Shown one piece after another: positions 1-13,514 of a DNA stretch of 64,000 nt. The notes beneath the pieces are model-generated. The model saw only the letters and a list, made by a program, of their open reading frames with translations, was not told where the DNA came from and ran no database searches. The position numbers were made by a program, and so were the translations under genes. The stretch comes from Callorhinchus milii. Lineage: Eukaryota. The stretch is taken from positions 114,020,001-114,084,000 of the forward strand of contig NW_024704743.1 in NCBI RefSeq assembly GCF_018977255.1, read 5' to 3'. The stretch's first letter is position 1. Every line of letters begins with the position of its first letter.

Positions 1-3000
1 TTGTCCGATGAATGTAATTCTACCGTCGTTTTGCAGAATGATCACCTCTTTTGCTCTTTTTGTTTTTGATCCACTGTGGTTGATGAATTTTCTGCTATTT
101 AATCCAGTGTGTAGGCTTTCAGCCATCTTCTCCTCTGACAGTATTTAGAAATGAAGCTTTTTGACGGGGTTGCTGTGTTTTTTTTAAAAAACTGAATGAA
201 TGGTGTAAGAATAAAGAATTTTGATCTTTGAAGATATCTAAATGGGTTTTAAAATGGTTCTAATGTTTTTGATGAAACCAAATGGAAATAAGACTGCAGG
301 AAGGCGGTCATCTGACCGCAGCAGCGAGCCTGTTTATGAAGGAATCTCCTGATTATGTTTGTCCAATTGCTCCATTGGAAACAATAACTGACAATGTTCA
401 TATGGCAGGTATTCAAGCTTCTACTGTATTATCTTTTATCCCATGGTTCTGCTCTGTGGTGCTGTTAATATTTGGAATGTATGGTTCAGTTATAACTAAA
501 ACATCCTGCAGGTGAATAGCTAGCTTTGAGTTCTACCCTTACCTCCCTTGACCAGGCAGATAGATCGACTTGACGTTCTCACCCTTTTCCTTTAATGAAA
601 TGGCAGGAAATACATGCACCAACATGTGTTACTAAATTAAAAATCATTCCTTCATACAGTGGTCTTTTATTTGACTTGGGTAGTCTCTCATCTCTCCCAG
701 AGCACATCATTTCACTTTCCTCCCCCTGCCTTCTTACATTGACAGAAGGTCAGGTTCTCCCAGAAGCTCCCACAGGAACAGCTGATGTCTTCAGGTGCCA
801 TTCCTTCATTACCCTACCCTCCTAAGAGCAGCAGCCAGGTACTCCCCACCCCACAAATCATTGTATGTTTTCTCCCAGGCCAAGTTCTGCAGCAGAAGCA
901 AGAAGCCATTTTGAGGTTTTCCTCTTACTTCAGGTCCTTTGCATTCTGTTATCTGTCCATCACAGAACAGCATCCTCTGGCTTTCATCACAGTTATGCAA
1001 TCAATTCCTTCATATCTTCGATTATCTCTAGCCATATATAAAATTTGCGAGGCAGGATTACTCTGAAATGCTTAGCTTTGAAACAATGAAATAACTTTCA
1101 CGATTAGAATTTAACAATGATAATAATCCTTGCATTGACACAAAATGAGAATACTGTAATATCAGTACGACTGGCACAAAGGAGCCTATATCTTTGATGT
1201 CAACCTGATTCCAAACGAGGAAACTTCTTCCCGTGACTCCAGCACATCACAAGATATCAAGAACTTTATCTGCACATTGCTCCCTTTAATTTTTTTTTAA
1301 ATACGCTTACTAAATACTCATTAAAACACAACAATCCCATGCAATAGATACTATTTAAGCCTAGTCTTTAGAGGACATTTGTGACTGATTGTTGCAGATG
1401 TTTGATTTCAGTTTGCTCTTGATATGAATTGTACCACATTGAATGGCAGGGTATATGCTGTGAGCCATAGAAAAATACAAAGTATTGTGGCTGTTCAGAT
1501 TTATAGTTCTAGTAGTTTGTACATTAATTAATTGTCTTTTAACAAAGTGCTGTGGGAACAAGCAAGACAGATGTTCGGAAGTTACAGAAACCCAGAACTG
1601 CATTACTACTTGTTAAAGTCAATGGCCCTCGGCAGTTTCCACTTGCAAAATCCTGCAGGTTTAGAATGAGATGTCACCACAAAACAGCCATAACCTTTTC
1701 ACAAGATACAGTATTTTGTAAAATAACACTGGATGACTTGAGGAGGGCAATTAGGTATATAAGAGGAGTTCAGTGTCTGTACGTAACCAAGCAATAACTT
1801 TTACTTGAGAACATATGTTTTACATACTTGTACAATTTTGATGAAGCAAAGTTCTTGAGCAGCTGTTTCAACGCAAGGTACTACAGTATTACATTAGATA
1901 CCTTGACAGCAGTATCTGTCTTTTTTGTTGTAAATAAAGAATCATGATGCCTTGATACGTAGCATAATTTACTGGTTCTCTTTTATTAATAATTTAGCAC
2001 CCATTTTAGTTTCCATAATGTGCAAATATCATGCCAAAACAGCCATCAAACTGCTTCTCTGGTTTGCACAGACTTAAAACCATCTTCCTCGGACTTCAGT
2101 ATATTCAGTCTTGTTCTTGGGACAATTTTGTTCTCAGCGTAATGGTTAAATTGGAAGTCTGAGAATGGGTTGGATGCAGTGGTTTTCCTTCAAATTCATT
2201 ATACCCAGATCCATTGCTGTTTTTACAGAGCCATTGTAGCACGTTGCAGTTTTAGGATTCTCATGTCTCTGTAGTTGTCAGGCTATGTGGATTATGCTGT
2301 AATTTAGGGCCTGAGACCATCTCTGATCATATTGATCACTGTACAGAGAATGAATACGGACCTGTTTTTGCCTCAGCAGTTGCTTTTAGGAGGGAATGCT
2401 GTTGCATTTCACAGCCACAGATCATTCAGCTAAAGAATTACATTAGTTGTGTGTTCAAATGACGTGTGTTTTGAGACTGCTTTGATAATATAGCTTTATG
2501 TAAATATAGTACCATAAATTAGGAACACTTTCTGAAATGCAGGCATTTACTTTTGCATACCTTAAAGGGCCTAGACTTTTGCATTTATGTCTTTGGAATA
2601 TTATGTAATGGCCTAGAAGTTTTGTACATTTATCTTATTTTCTGTCCTCTCTCTAACTTGCTAGATGTAGTTTACATTTGTGTCAGACCTTTGGAATGGT
2701 CCAAATGATAACCACTGTACAGTGGCCAGCAGAGCCAAAACTTTTTTTTCAATGCAAAAATTGGGTTGGGGAACTACGTGTCATATAACCGTGATTCAGG
2801 CTGTCTTGTATAACCCCATTTTATTTGTACTGTAGATTTCAATGCATCAAGGTCTGCTCTCTTGGGGGAGGTTGGCTGTGTTTACTCAGAAGTAACATCT
2901 TTCTGATTAAGTTACGGTTTATTACATCGATTGCTCTAACAGATCTAATGTAATGATGCAAATTAACATTTAAAAATGTATTGTAATGCTGTACATTGCA

Positions 3001-3895
3001 TACAAACGGGGCTATGCAGCTCTTGTTTGCAAAATCCAAAGATTTCACTGAGTTAATTTTGAGATACAGCTAAGCCATGGTGTGTTGGTGTGGTTTAACA
3101 TCATTTTATAGTATTTGTACACAATTGATTGTTGACTGGATACAGAACATTCTCTGCACAAACTATTCTACAGATTTTCAATTTGATAGAGAACCCCTGT
3201 CTCTACTTTTTTCATTTAGAGCTTAAACTTTTCTTGTTTTGTAAAGTCAGTCAATTTCTTAGTACAGTGCAGGAACCTCAAATGCTATAATGTAGCATTA
3301 TGCCTTAGCTATGTTTTTATGTCCTGTATATTCCTAGCAGCTGTTTGTTGTTGTATTATATTGTTTGTATAGTGAATTGTGTAAAAATTTTGAATGAGTG
3401 TGTCATCAGTTATTTTTTCTTTCGGGCAAATAAGTAGAAATAATGGTTGGCCTAATTGCAATATGGACCCAGGTTTAGTTTTTTGTGTTAATTTTGTTTT
3501 TGTGGTGAGTAGTGGGTCACTATTGGAATGTTTTTTTTCTCCAAAAAAATTCTGAGAGGTGTATATTGACGAGATGCAAATTCTAAGCAATATGTAAACT
3601 AAGGTTCTTCAACAGAAGGCTTACAGTGTTGCAAGTTTGGAGATGTATTTTTTTTAATTTAGTTCACACTAAACACTTATTTTCCTCCCTTGGGCATCCA
3701 TGTTTGTATCCTTATGTGAGCATTTTATGCCAAGTTAGGTATATTCAGAGAAATTAAAAAAAAACATTTATGCAAGTTGTTAACTAATATTGCTTTTGCT
3801 GATGTCATTTGCTTATTTGATGTTAAATAATGCTGTTGTAAATAATCCTGTTATTGCGATGTTTAATAAAATTAAATTCTTTTGAGTTTTATATT
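1..3895 (+). other. Distal 3'UTR of an upstream gene, probably NCOA2 (inferred from synteny; no coding sequence in window)
   Basis: AT-rich, no recognisable SINE/LINE and no credible ORF; TGTAAATA Pumilio elements at 1929, 2499 and 3837; several miRNA seed matches; terminal AATAAA. NCOA2 lies upstream of PRDM14 on the same strand in human. Confidence 0.55.
3865..3876 (+). terminator. Polyadenylation signal (AATAAA directly followed by ATTAAA)
   Basis: AATAAA 3865-3870 and ATTAAA 3871-3876, T/GT-rich sequence downstream, interspersed repeats resume after ~4070. Confidence 0.6.
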
Positions 3896-5629
3896 TGGAT
3901 TTAGATGTTTGTTACACATTTGGGAGCACTGAACACTTGAGTTGATGTAAATTTTAAATGAAAATGTGCACAATATCCCCCCTGATTTTTTCCTTCCCTT
4001 TTTNCCATCAAATTAACACATGAAATCAACCGCTATAGTATTCAATGGAATGGGACTGTTGAGTCATTGAAAGGTTCCACAGAGATAATACTCACTGCTC
4101 TGACTAGGTGGATATTAAAAATGCCACAACAGAATTGGAAGAGTTTCTCCTGATGTCCTAGCTGACATTCTTCCACATTGATGTGTCATTTATCTAATGG
4201 GTGGTTGTGGGTCTGCTCTGGTGCAATAATAGTCTTAAAAAAAAACGATCATACCACTTGACAGTATTCATTTGAGTTGTTGATAAGGTGCTATAAAGAT
4301 ACAAGGCCCTTTTCTCTCTGTTAGAGGCTATTTAACAGTGGGGACATTGCAACTGAACCTACTATTGCTCTCACCAGATGTCCACACCTTTCAGTGAGTC
4401 AGTGGATAGTGTTCAGGATGGAAACCTGGATGATTTTGACCCACCCCCTTCTTCAGACCCCTGATCCCTGAGTTGAGGTCATCTAACTCAGCATGGGCTG
4501 GAAATCAAACCTGTAAATTTCCTGTGTCTTATAGATTAGTCATATGGGTGATGTTTCTACCCTCTGTGTTATTGAGGAAACTGTCCATTAACATCGCTTA
4601 CCACACTCGCCCAAAGAGGATGAACAGGATCAGTATTGATGCTCCCACGGGCAAAATTGGATATTCACTCGTTCTCTAAGATCACACATGAAGAATGGGA
4701 TCCCACATGAATGGTCACTTGGGCGATGTATACCAGCATGTTTTGGTACCCTACAGGCACAGAACAGACTTGTGTATTACAGCACCTGGAAGCGTACCTG
4801 GAAATGTAGTTAAAGAATTGATAGTTGAGAGGCTGCAGTAATTTAAGTGCCATTGCTTCATAACCTCTGACAGTGTTGACTGCATAACTTGTGTTTTTAT
4901 GATGTCGTCGTCCTGCTCTGCTTTCCTTGGAAGTGTCTGTTTATGTCCATTTCTCTAATTCCTAAAAAAAATCTTCCATAATTATTGGGAACACATTTTC
5001 CTTTACAAATTGAGCTACTAGGTCAAAAGTGACCACTTTAAACTTGTAAGTCTTCAGGCTGTTGGCTAATTTCCCTCTGAGCAAGGAGTTGTATTTCAAG
5101 AATTTAAAGAGGTGGTAACGTTTGGATTTATGTGACATTTTATAAATCAATTCAACTTTTCACTACATAACATTGATGTTTGAATCTGTTCAGCTAATCA
5201 AGGAATGACATAATTTTACGCCTAACACTCTTACTAGTGTGTACAAGAACAACTGGCATTTATACAAGGGTTCTTCACGAAAACCGAGTTGAATGCTGAG
5301 CAAGAGAGAGGGGGGAGGTAATTAATCGTGGTCAAAGGTAAGTTTTTTTTTAGGCAGTATTTAAAGATCGAGTGCGAGAGGCTGAGGAAGGGAGTTGCTG
5401 AATGATGGAGCAGGGGATTTGCACAACATGACTGAGTTAGCCAAGCGGAGGTGGGAGCAATAGAGTGGGGTGGGGAAAATCAGAGATGAGTTGGTGCTTT
5501 AAAGGGATCTTTAGGTGAAGGACTTTGAAATGATCCATTGGGAGATGGGAAGGTGGTAGAATCTGGCAAGAACTGGCATGATGGAGTTTAGTGTGACCTG
5601 CTAATACTTCTACCGGCCCCTTTCATTCA

Positions 5630-5890
5630 GCTGGGTATGGCTCCTGCACATTGCTCCTTCCGCTCCACCATTGGTGGCCATGTTTTCAGCCACTCTCGCC
5701 CGAGACTCTGGAAATCTCTGCTTCGATGCCTCCACCTTGATCCTCACCCATTATCAGATTGCATCTGAAGACCTTACTCTTCGGCCATGTGTTCAGTCAC
5801 GCCTCTGTTCCTGGCTTGGCATGAAGCACTGTTCAGTGCTCCCAAGACACTGCCCTGCATAGAGTGTGCTGCATAAATGCAAGTTGTTGT
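5630..5890 (+). mobile_element. L2-type LINE 3' end fragment
   Basis: Resembles the 3' end of the L2 copy at 57180-57500; ends ataaatgcaagttgttgt. Confidence 0.55.
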
Positions 5891-6199
5891 AGTAGCCTCT
5901 GATATAAAGGGACAATTAACTTCATCTTTTATTGGAATGTAGTTTGATCCTAGATCTTGAGGGTAGAAACTGTTTTTCTCCATATTCTCCTTATTGCCCT
6001 CATCTTGTTATGTAGTATGTTGATCAGGCACATGTGTAGCCTCTGAACCATCATCTGTGTCTCACCACGTTATTCAGCATTCAATAGGCTGTAACCAGTG
6101 CTGCCTGAAACCATCCAATGTTCTCGATCACTGTTGTATCACTTGTTCAAGACTGTTGCTTTGTGAAGTTAATTGGGAGTTTCTCTCCCAACCCCCAAA

Positions 6200-6368
6200 T
6201 AAGATTGGTAATTTACTCCATGACTGTCTGTCTGTGGGACATTGTGTGCAAATTGGCTGCCACTTCGCTCACAAAATACAGTCGCATCACTTTAGTATGT
6301 CCTGTGAAGTGCTTTGAGACATCGTGATAATGTCATAAGGTGCTCATTCACATGATTATTATTATATT
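6200..6368 (+). mobile_element. SINE 3' half
   Basis: tgtgggacattgtgtgcaaattggctgc...gtgaagtgctttgagac...(TTA)n, shared with many copies in the window. Confidence 0.7.
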
Positions 6369-8759
6369 GTGTTATCAGTAACCATTCTCTTCGTTCATAA
6401 ATATTTCTCAGCAAGCTGCATTTAATGTTTCAATCCAAAGGTGTTTTTTTTTACGAAAAAGCTACATCTCTTCAGAAACTGTTGCTGCTATTATAAATAT
6501 TTGCGTGGAAACTAATGCGACTATGAGTATAGCAACCATTTGATTTTCTACAGCTCTTTCTGGAATAGAGCCATACTAGGAGTTAAATAACAATTAAAAG
6601 TAAAGATTTGGAGTAACCCAAGTGCAGCAAGTAAAATAAGCCACTGCTATAAATCTACTATACGTGCTATAACTGAAAATTACCACTGGATCCGGATTAA
6701 ACCTGTGATGTAAACAGTATTTTCATTTAGTAACTGGTTAATGCTTGCAAATCATTTGGATAAATGTGTTAAGGATTAAAAGGGATTACAATCTAGTACC
6801 CAACCTTTCGTTTCACTAACTCGTTTAATTTCTTGTTCTGGCCATTTTGCAATTGTGATTTTAACAAGATCCATGTAATAATAATAATAATATAATAATA
6901 ATAATAATAATAATACGATTTACATTCCTATAACCCCTTTCACGTCGAAAGAACGTCTCAAAGCCTGGCCAGACATTCAGAGAACGATGCATTCAGTCGA
7001 TGCCAGTCATAAATCATGGTGTGAATGCAAAGTGTGATCTCCACCTCTGTTAAATATAACTGCATTGCCCGGGACGGGAGAATCCCATTTCAATTAAATC
7101 CACTCCATCTCAAACGTGGGTATAAACCAACTATAATCACTGAACTTTAAAAAGCCTTTTTTTTCTCCCCTGTTCACATTCAACAATACATTTGCAGCTG
7201 TGATTTCCATCGCGGGTGTTATCACACGCTGTACATTTCCATCGCTTGAATGAAACTCCCATCAAACGTCTCATTTTTCTTTTAATTTTTCTCTAAATCA
7301 TGGAAAACGGGTTGTGTGGATAATCGGAGTAAAATACAGATGAATGTTGCTCTATTTGCCTCTATACTTCTTGATATTGGACTATGTGTGTGTTTTACAA
7401 ATGTGTGATGCCACAGTGATTGGGGGGTATAGTAACTATCTGATCACCTCCAGTAACTAACAGTAAATTCCTCAGTGCAACTCATAGCATTTCACTGGAA
7501 TCCAGGGCAACATTTCATTTCATAAACCAGACCCTACTGACATCCTTACAATTTGTACAGTTTAACTTGTCCGTTTACAAATAAAAGGTTGGAACTAAAT
7601 CCTAACTCATTCAGTTTGTTCAGGCAATTGCTATATATATATATATATATATCTTTGGGGGGGGGGGGGGGGGAAATCGATCAACATTTTCTCAGTATTT
7701 GCATTATTCAATAACAACTGTTCGTATTTTTTTTTAAATAATAAAACTATATCTTTCCTATCAAACTTTCCTTTCTGCCCTACGTCGTTTTCCAGGAGTA
7801 TATATCTATATATATATATATATATATAAACACAAGCTTTATTTTTTTGATATAAAAGGCTTCTTTCAGAGGTGAGAGTGAATCTTCGCTGCTGCAAAAA
7901 AAGATAATAAAGAGAACTGTTCTCGTTGATTTACTCAGACTGTGCAATCGTTGCATTCGATGCAGCGCATTATCGCGTCTTCGAGACGTCTCGAAGCGCT
8001 TCGCAGAATATCCCGTAAAGTGAATCGACTGTATTCTGTGGGCGAAGCAAATAGAATGACGACCTGTGATTTCGTTCCTCGTACATTTTAGCAGCAAATA
8101 TATCGAGGCCGAGTCTATATCCCCCCATTCCCGATCCCCCAAATAATAAAATATTCCATACCACACATTTTAAGGATGATTCCTGCAGTTAAAGTCTGGG
8201 TCAACCACAGCAGATGATTATATCAGTTGTCTGTACAATCAAACGAAACACACGGGTTTCACACAGAGTTTGCAGTGAGGAGACAGACTGTTGATGTGGG
8301 GAACTGAGCGAAGAGCCCCCACTTCTCTCTGAAACCAAAGCCTCGCTGATCCTCGTGAAGTGGACACGTTTGACAAAGATACTGACTGGACCTTTTCCAT
8401 CTGAGAGCGCGAGTTGAGAGGGTTTTTTTTTGTGGGGGTGGGTGGGGGGGGGGGGGGGTTGGAAAGAAGCTGTCAGTCATTGAAAGAGTTTATTTAACCT
8501 GTGATATATTGAGTTCCTGGTGAGATGTATGTGGATATGAACAACAGGCACTGGTATATATTACTTAAAAAAAACGCACTCATATATATATATATATATA
8601 TATACAGTCACTACGCTACTCAAATACTAAATCTGTGGTTGGAGTGAGTGAGTGAGAGAGTGAGAGAGTGAGTGAGTGAGTGGTGGTGGTGACCAGTGAA
8701 CTGTGAGGATGTAATGTGTTGAAGTGGGGTCTCTGGGGGAAGCTCTCTCTCTCTCTCTC

Positions 8760-9063
8760 TCTCTGACCAATAGCCGGGGTGAGGGGGAGTCGCTGGTGCT
8801 CCTCCTGTTACTCACTCTCTTTGCCATCTGCCCTCAGCTGACCACAAAACACAACACAGCTTTTTTTTTTCCCCCTTTCCCCCCCCCTTCCTCCCTCCCT
8901 CCCTCCCTCCCTCAGAGCGACAGAAGCTCCTCAGCCAACCTTAAAACCACAAGCCACACACACACACACAGAGTAAGAAAGTCAGGAAAGAAAAAGGAGA
9001 CAGTTCACAGTTACATCTGGTGTCCAATATCCTGAATGATCTGCAAGACCACAACTCGTAAGT
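8760..9063 (+). promoter_or_regulatory. Candidate PRDM14 promoter and non-coding first exon
   Basis: CCAAT at 8767-8771 followed by a G-rich box; consensus donor GTAAGT at 9058-9063; lies at the start of a CpG-enriched domain. No transcript evidence. Confidence 0.4.
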
Positions 9064-11124
9064 AACTCCCAGCGCTGCTCAACCTTTCCAGCGACCTTAT
9101 TGTCTAATTATTATTGTTTTTTTTTTGGTGGGGGAGTCAGTTTGAACATCAGTCTTTGCTCCTGTAAGCGAGAGAATTAAAAAGTAATTGCTCAAACTGG
9201 CGTTTTGTTTACTCAATACTTAACCAAGGCGTTTAGATGTGTTCATTATCCAGTTCCCTGTGACCTCTGTGATTGACCCGATGTTCTTTAATTTAAGTGT
9301 CACGACCCTGTTTTGTTTCAGTTATTGGCGAATATTGATCCGCTGGATAATATCGAATTCATTGCACTTTGAGCTGAATGTTTGGATTGCTAACTTTTCC
9401 GCTTTGCAAATACTGGTGTTAATATCGATGCAAGTGGCGTTTCATACCGTATTAGATATGTTGCCGTTGATTTGGGGACTGGGGAATACACATTGCATAA
9501 GAAAGAATATTCGAGGAGCGTGTGATAGGGGAGAAGGAAACGAGGAAGAAACGGTGTAAAACAGTGAGAAACGACAACGTGGGGCTCAGGTACACCGAAG
9601 GAAGCAGACAATTGCAATTACAAAATTACAAAATTTCCAAATCAAACGAGGACAAAAATAATGTCACCAAACGAGGTTTATTGGCTCACATTGGGTACTT
9701 TTTTTTCTTGCTCGCGAACCCCCCCCCCCCCCCCCCACCACACACACACACACACACACACAATACGAATGAAAGTGTGCAGCGAGAGGCAGGACACAGT
9801 GCAACACTGTACATATTGTCCTTTTGTTTCACGTTGGACCGACCGATGCTCACATACACACAAAAAAGTTTAATTTCATATATATATATATTAAAAAAAT
9901 GTCCTCGTCCTTGCTGCTTAAAGAGGCATTAAGATTAAACCCACAGCGCGCAGTCTGACTGGTCTCTTCTCTCCTGATGTGGCAGCTTGTGAAACGGATA
10001 GGCTTTGGTGAAGCTCAACTCGCTGCAAACCCAAGTCCCAGGTACAGAATTGCTGCTGCTGCTGCATTGGGGCTCTGCAGAGGACAGAGGAGAAGGTGTG
10101 GGTGATAACTTCTCTGCGGATTGGCAATTTCCCACCACCAGTCCTTCTTCCTAACCAGGTGCAAAACCTGCTGAACGCCAGGTAATTCCGTAAAGCGAGG
10201 CAGCTTCCGATCCAATGGTTTCCTGATCAGATATTAGTTTGGTCATTGCAGGAGATGGATGTTGCAGTGAATGGATGGATGGATGGCATCGGATTTGTTT
10301 TCTTGTTGGTGGAGGGTTGCGGTCAGAGCTTTTGTTTCTGTCACCTTGACTGAAGAAGGCAGTTGCTGCGGGGGATTGGTTCAGTCACTTCTCCTTAATT
10401 CCCTCTCTTTCGAGTCGCACCAACACCAGCGTTTGGGAGTCGATTGTTTTCCAGTCTTTTGTTCTGCAAAAAGCTAAAGGTTTGGGGTTTTCGTTTTGTT
10501 TTTAAAAATAAATTCAATTAAAGTTTGTTACCGCACAAGAACGGTTATGGTCCCCCCCCCCCCCCCCCACCTCTCCCCAATTTGTTGAAGTGGGTATTTC
10601 ATTCAATTTGGGGTCGCAAAAATAGGGAATTTTATACTTGGCTCTCAGCACTGGTGATCTGATTTGCAAACGACCTGAATTATTTCGGTTATTGTCGTTA
10701 ACTTCTAATCGTTGAGGCGAACCTCCAGTTTTCTGGTAACCTGTTCCTCCAATTATGGAAACGTTGGGGTTTTCTTTAAGTGCCTTTCGAAGAATCGCTA
10801 TAGACATAGTTTTGTTTCAGTCACCAACTTCAAATTAAGATGTTAATGCATTAGCCTTTCCGATAATGTACATATTACAATGCAGCTGATCTTATCTTAT
10901 TTTATTTTATTTGCAACCTTTATATAACACTAGAATCGCATCCCGATTCCCCATTTGCTGTTGGTTTCGGGTTGTATCGTTTTTGTGTGAATATTCCTAC
11001 ATGTACTGTAAAGTGAATCGACGGTATATTTCGCCCATAAAATATACAGTCACATGAATTCACAGTATATCGGTGAAGCGCTCGGAGACGTCTCGAAGGG
11101 GCGACAATAGTACTAATAGTATTA

Positions 11125-11390
11125 TCATTAATAGTAATCCTCGCGTTCGATATAGCGCCTCATCGCGTTGTTGACGCGTCTCAAAGCGCTTCCCAGAACA
11201 TACGGTAAAGTGTAGTGACTGTGTATTTTGCGGGCGAAACGCGGCAGCCAATTGCGCACAGCAGCGTCCCACATTATTACCATTATTACTATTATTTTGG
11301 AGGGATTATTACCCCGATCGGGCGCTATATCGAAAGCAAGGATGACTATTATTGTGATAACAAATGCAAGGATTATCATTATTATTATTT
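11125..11390. mobile_element. CpG-rich SINE fragments in opposite orientations
   Basis: Minus-strand SINE 3' half at ~11130-11272, then a plus-strand tail ggcgctatatcgaaagcaagg...(TTA)n. Confidence 0.7.
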
Positions 11391-12004
11391 AAACACGAAA
11401 TAGGCTCGTGGGTGAGCTGCCGACACTCACTGTGTGAACGAAACCTTTTGATGGCATAATGCATATAGGAATGGACTAACTGGACCGAATTTTGGACTGA
11501 TATTAAAGTCGCCCCCGACCAGGTGAGTGAGACCCTGTCCCGACCCACAGGGGTTGGGACCAGAGACACACAGAGAGAGAGAGAGAGAGAGAGGAGGTTG
11601 TTAAATTGGCACCAATATAAACACAAGCCAAACGTGTACAAACATCCCGTTAAAAAATCCCTGTCAGTCAGAGACTGCAAAACTAATGCCACACATTTTT
11701 TACCGTGAACCAAAAAATCGACTTCAGACAGGAAAAGACGAGGGTATTTAGGAAAACGGGAGTATAATGAGAAGTCAGGCAACTACACCCCCGGAAGGTG
11801 GTTTGTGTGGGGAATAGTTCATACTCGTGATATACGAGTATTGCATTTTTTTACATTAGTTTAAATGTTTTTTTTTGAAAAAAAATCACAATTAACGGGT
11901 CCTCGTGTGTTACGCGGTGGTAAAGGAAAAAGAATTGGGTGAAGGGAAGGGTCCGGATTTGAGGTGAATTGAATGGTGTGTGTTTTGTGCTCACTCAGCC
12001 TTTC

Positions 12005-12360
12005 TGCTCTCTGTCTGTCTGTGTCTCTCTGTGTGTCTGTGTCTCGCTGTGTGTCTGTGTCTCTCTGTGTGTCTGTGTCTCTCTGTGTGTCTGTGTCTCT
12101 CTGTGTGTCTGTGTCTCTCTGTCTGTCTGTGTCTCTCTGTGTGTCTGTGTCTCTCTGTCTGTCTGTGTCTCTCTGTGTGTCTGTGTCTCTCTGTGTGTCT
12201 GTGTCTCTCTGTCTGTCTGTGTCTCTCTGTGTGTCTGTGTCTCTCTGTCTGTCTGTGTCTCTCTGTGTGTCTGTGTCTCTCTGTGTGTCTGTGTCTCTCT
12301 GTCTGTCTGTGTCTCTCTGTGTGTCTGTGTCTCTCTGTCTGTCTGTGTCTCTCTGTCTCT
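12005..12360 (+). repeat. 18-bp compound TG/TC minisatellite (about 19 copies)
   Basis: Unit CTGTGTCTCTCTGT(G/C)TGT repeated in tandem up to the splice acceptor region. Confidence 0.95.
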
Positions 12361-12438
12361 CAGCCCATGTGTGTCTGTCCACAGGTGACTGTGCTGTAGT
12401 GACTGTCTGGCTGGAAGCCTCGCACCTCTCACACAGCC

Positions 12439-13051
12439 ATGGCCCTGTCACTGAAAGACCAGCTTTACCCCAGACCGCCCTTCAAGGCCACCAATGCTCC
12501 GAGGATCCCGGGATATTACTCCTCTCTCCTGCCCTTTCCCCACCACCACCACCACCACCAGCACCAGCAGCAGCACCAACACCAACACCAACACCAACAC
12601 ATGGATGTGCTACGCTCCACCGAAGACCTGTTGCATCCTCTGAAGTCTCTGGGCAGACTGGCCAGTCACCCGGGCCCCGCCCTGCCCTTCACTTTCACCA
12701 GCTTCTCCCTCCCCAGTGACTCCCCCTCGGTCCCTGATGCCATCTGCGACCTCCTCCCGCCGCCCTCTGTGCCCCTCTTCAGTCCAGTGCGGATGAGCGG
12801 CAGCCCCGCCCGCCCCGAGCCACGGGACACGGCTCCACGCCTTGCGCCGCCCGAAGCCGGGCACCAGGCGAGGCGGGTGCCCCGCACTGCCAGGCGCTGG
12901 CTGGGGGTCAGCCTGGCGGCCCGGCAGCCCCGGGGCGGACAGTTCACAGAGGAAGACCTGAACAGGGTTTTGTACGGATACACGAAGGTCTGCGGGGCCG
13001 CTCGGGCTGTCAATCACTCCATCTCAGGACTGCGAATAACAGAGAGGACAG
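12439..13051 (+). CDS. PRDM14: PRDM14 coding exon 1 (N-terminus, His/Gln run, pre-SET start)
   Basis: GCCATGG start; acceptor CAG ending 12384; encodes [12 protein letters not shown]...HSISGL; donor GTAACA at 13052 (phase 1). Confidence 0.9.
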
Positions 13052-13482
13052 GTAACACATCACAGGGGTAACATCGGGGGGAGAGAGAGGGGGGGAGGGA
13101 GGGGGAGGGGGAGAGGGAGGGGGAGGGAGGGGGAGACCCAGCGGCCAACCCCACTTCCAACCTTCCTGTCTGACCACAAAATATTACACCACAAATACTG
13201 TACCACTCCATCAATCCCCGACTGTTTGTGGGGGGACACCGCTGCGCGCAATTGGGTTTCCAGGTTTCGCCCACAACATACACAGTCACTTCACTTCACA
13301 GCGCATTCTGTGAAGCCCTTCGAAGACGTGAGAAGCGCTATGTCAAAGGCCAGGATTGTCATTGTTGTTATTATTATCATCACAGCAAAACGTCTGCATA
13401 CTCCACGAGCAATTTCACTGCATGTGTTTTTTTTAGAATGGTGGCCACTCACTTCATGGCTGTGTGTGTGGGGGTGAAGGGA

Positions 13483-13514
<32 letters not shown>

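Noticed and set aside
7979..7996. Perfect 18-bp palindrome CTTCGAGACGTCTCGAAG
   Set aside because: Extension of the GAGACGTCTC palindrome already present in SINE tails.
11861..12451. Long ORFs on both strands (QRDTDT, VSLCVC repeats)
   Set aside because: Translations of the 18-bp minisatellite; stop-free only because of its composition.
12610..13017. Minus-strand ORFs over PRDM14 coding exon 1
   Set aside because: Antisense shadows of a GC-rich coding exon with no recognisable motifs.
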